DNA of 64,000 bases from Candidatus Omnitrophus sp. (lineage in GTDB: Bacteria > Omnitrophota > Gorgyraeia > Zapsychrales > Fredricksoniimonadaceae), in contig DYQZ01000001.1 of assembly GCA_020719005.1 (NCBI GenBank), positions 5,779 to 69,778 on the forward strand; not shown here. Direction: 5' to 3'. Position 1 is the stretch's first letter. Below: more notes on the stretch, generated by a model. The model ran no database searches, had not been told where the DNA came from, and saw nothing but the letters and a program-made list of their open reading frames with translations.

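Noticed and set aside
11038-63798. All other short track ORFs on either strand past 11 kb
   Set aside because: They overlap the giant ORF in alternative frames. The recognisable domains all lie in the frame starting at 11069.
11069-64000. Reading the region as non-coding, pseudogenised or using an alternative genetic code
   Set aside because: The frame is open under the standard code, and upstream genes use TAA, TAG and TGA as normal stops.

Overview
The first ~10.5 kb is a compact + strand operon. It encodes a type II secretion/type IV pilus machine (secretin C-terminus, alignment-complex-like proteins, GspE/PilB ATPase, GspF/PilC, three prepilins, one fused to a phage tail-collar domain), an inserted YhcG nuclease, and TraU-like and TraH-like proteins. 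After a ~590-bp intergenic region with REP-like palindromes and a sigma70-type promoter, the rest of the window is ONE uninterrupted + strand ORF from ATG 11069 to beyond 64000 (at least 17,644 codons). The ORF track omits it because it has no stop codon in the window. I translated it by hand. In order it contains: a C39 peptidase, two Ala/Gly-rich hydrophobic regions around a beta-rich region, two SecA-like ATPases with an HExxH domain between them, three internal signal peptides, a NAGPA-type glycosidase, a GT48/FKS-like glucan synthase, duplicated permuted guanylate kinases, 2H phosphoesterase, NUDIX, M20/M28 peptidase, UPRTase, HAD, PTS enzyme I-like, GT2, metallophosphatase, DUF4329-like, HATPase_c and a phosphoglycosyl transferase. 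Recurrent RAGP/xAPP linkers and HE-motif modules lie between domains. A ~1.4-kb stretch inside the ORF looks like a densely structured RNA. The architecture resembles giant-gene loci reported in Omnitrophota (taxonomy is inference). All domain calls are from motif recognition, not database searches.
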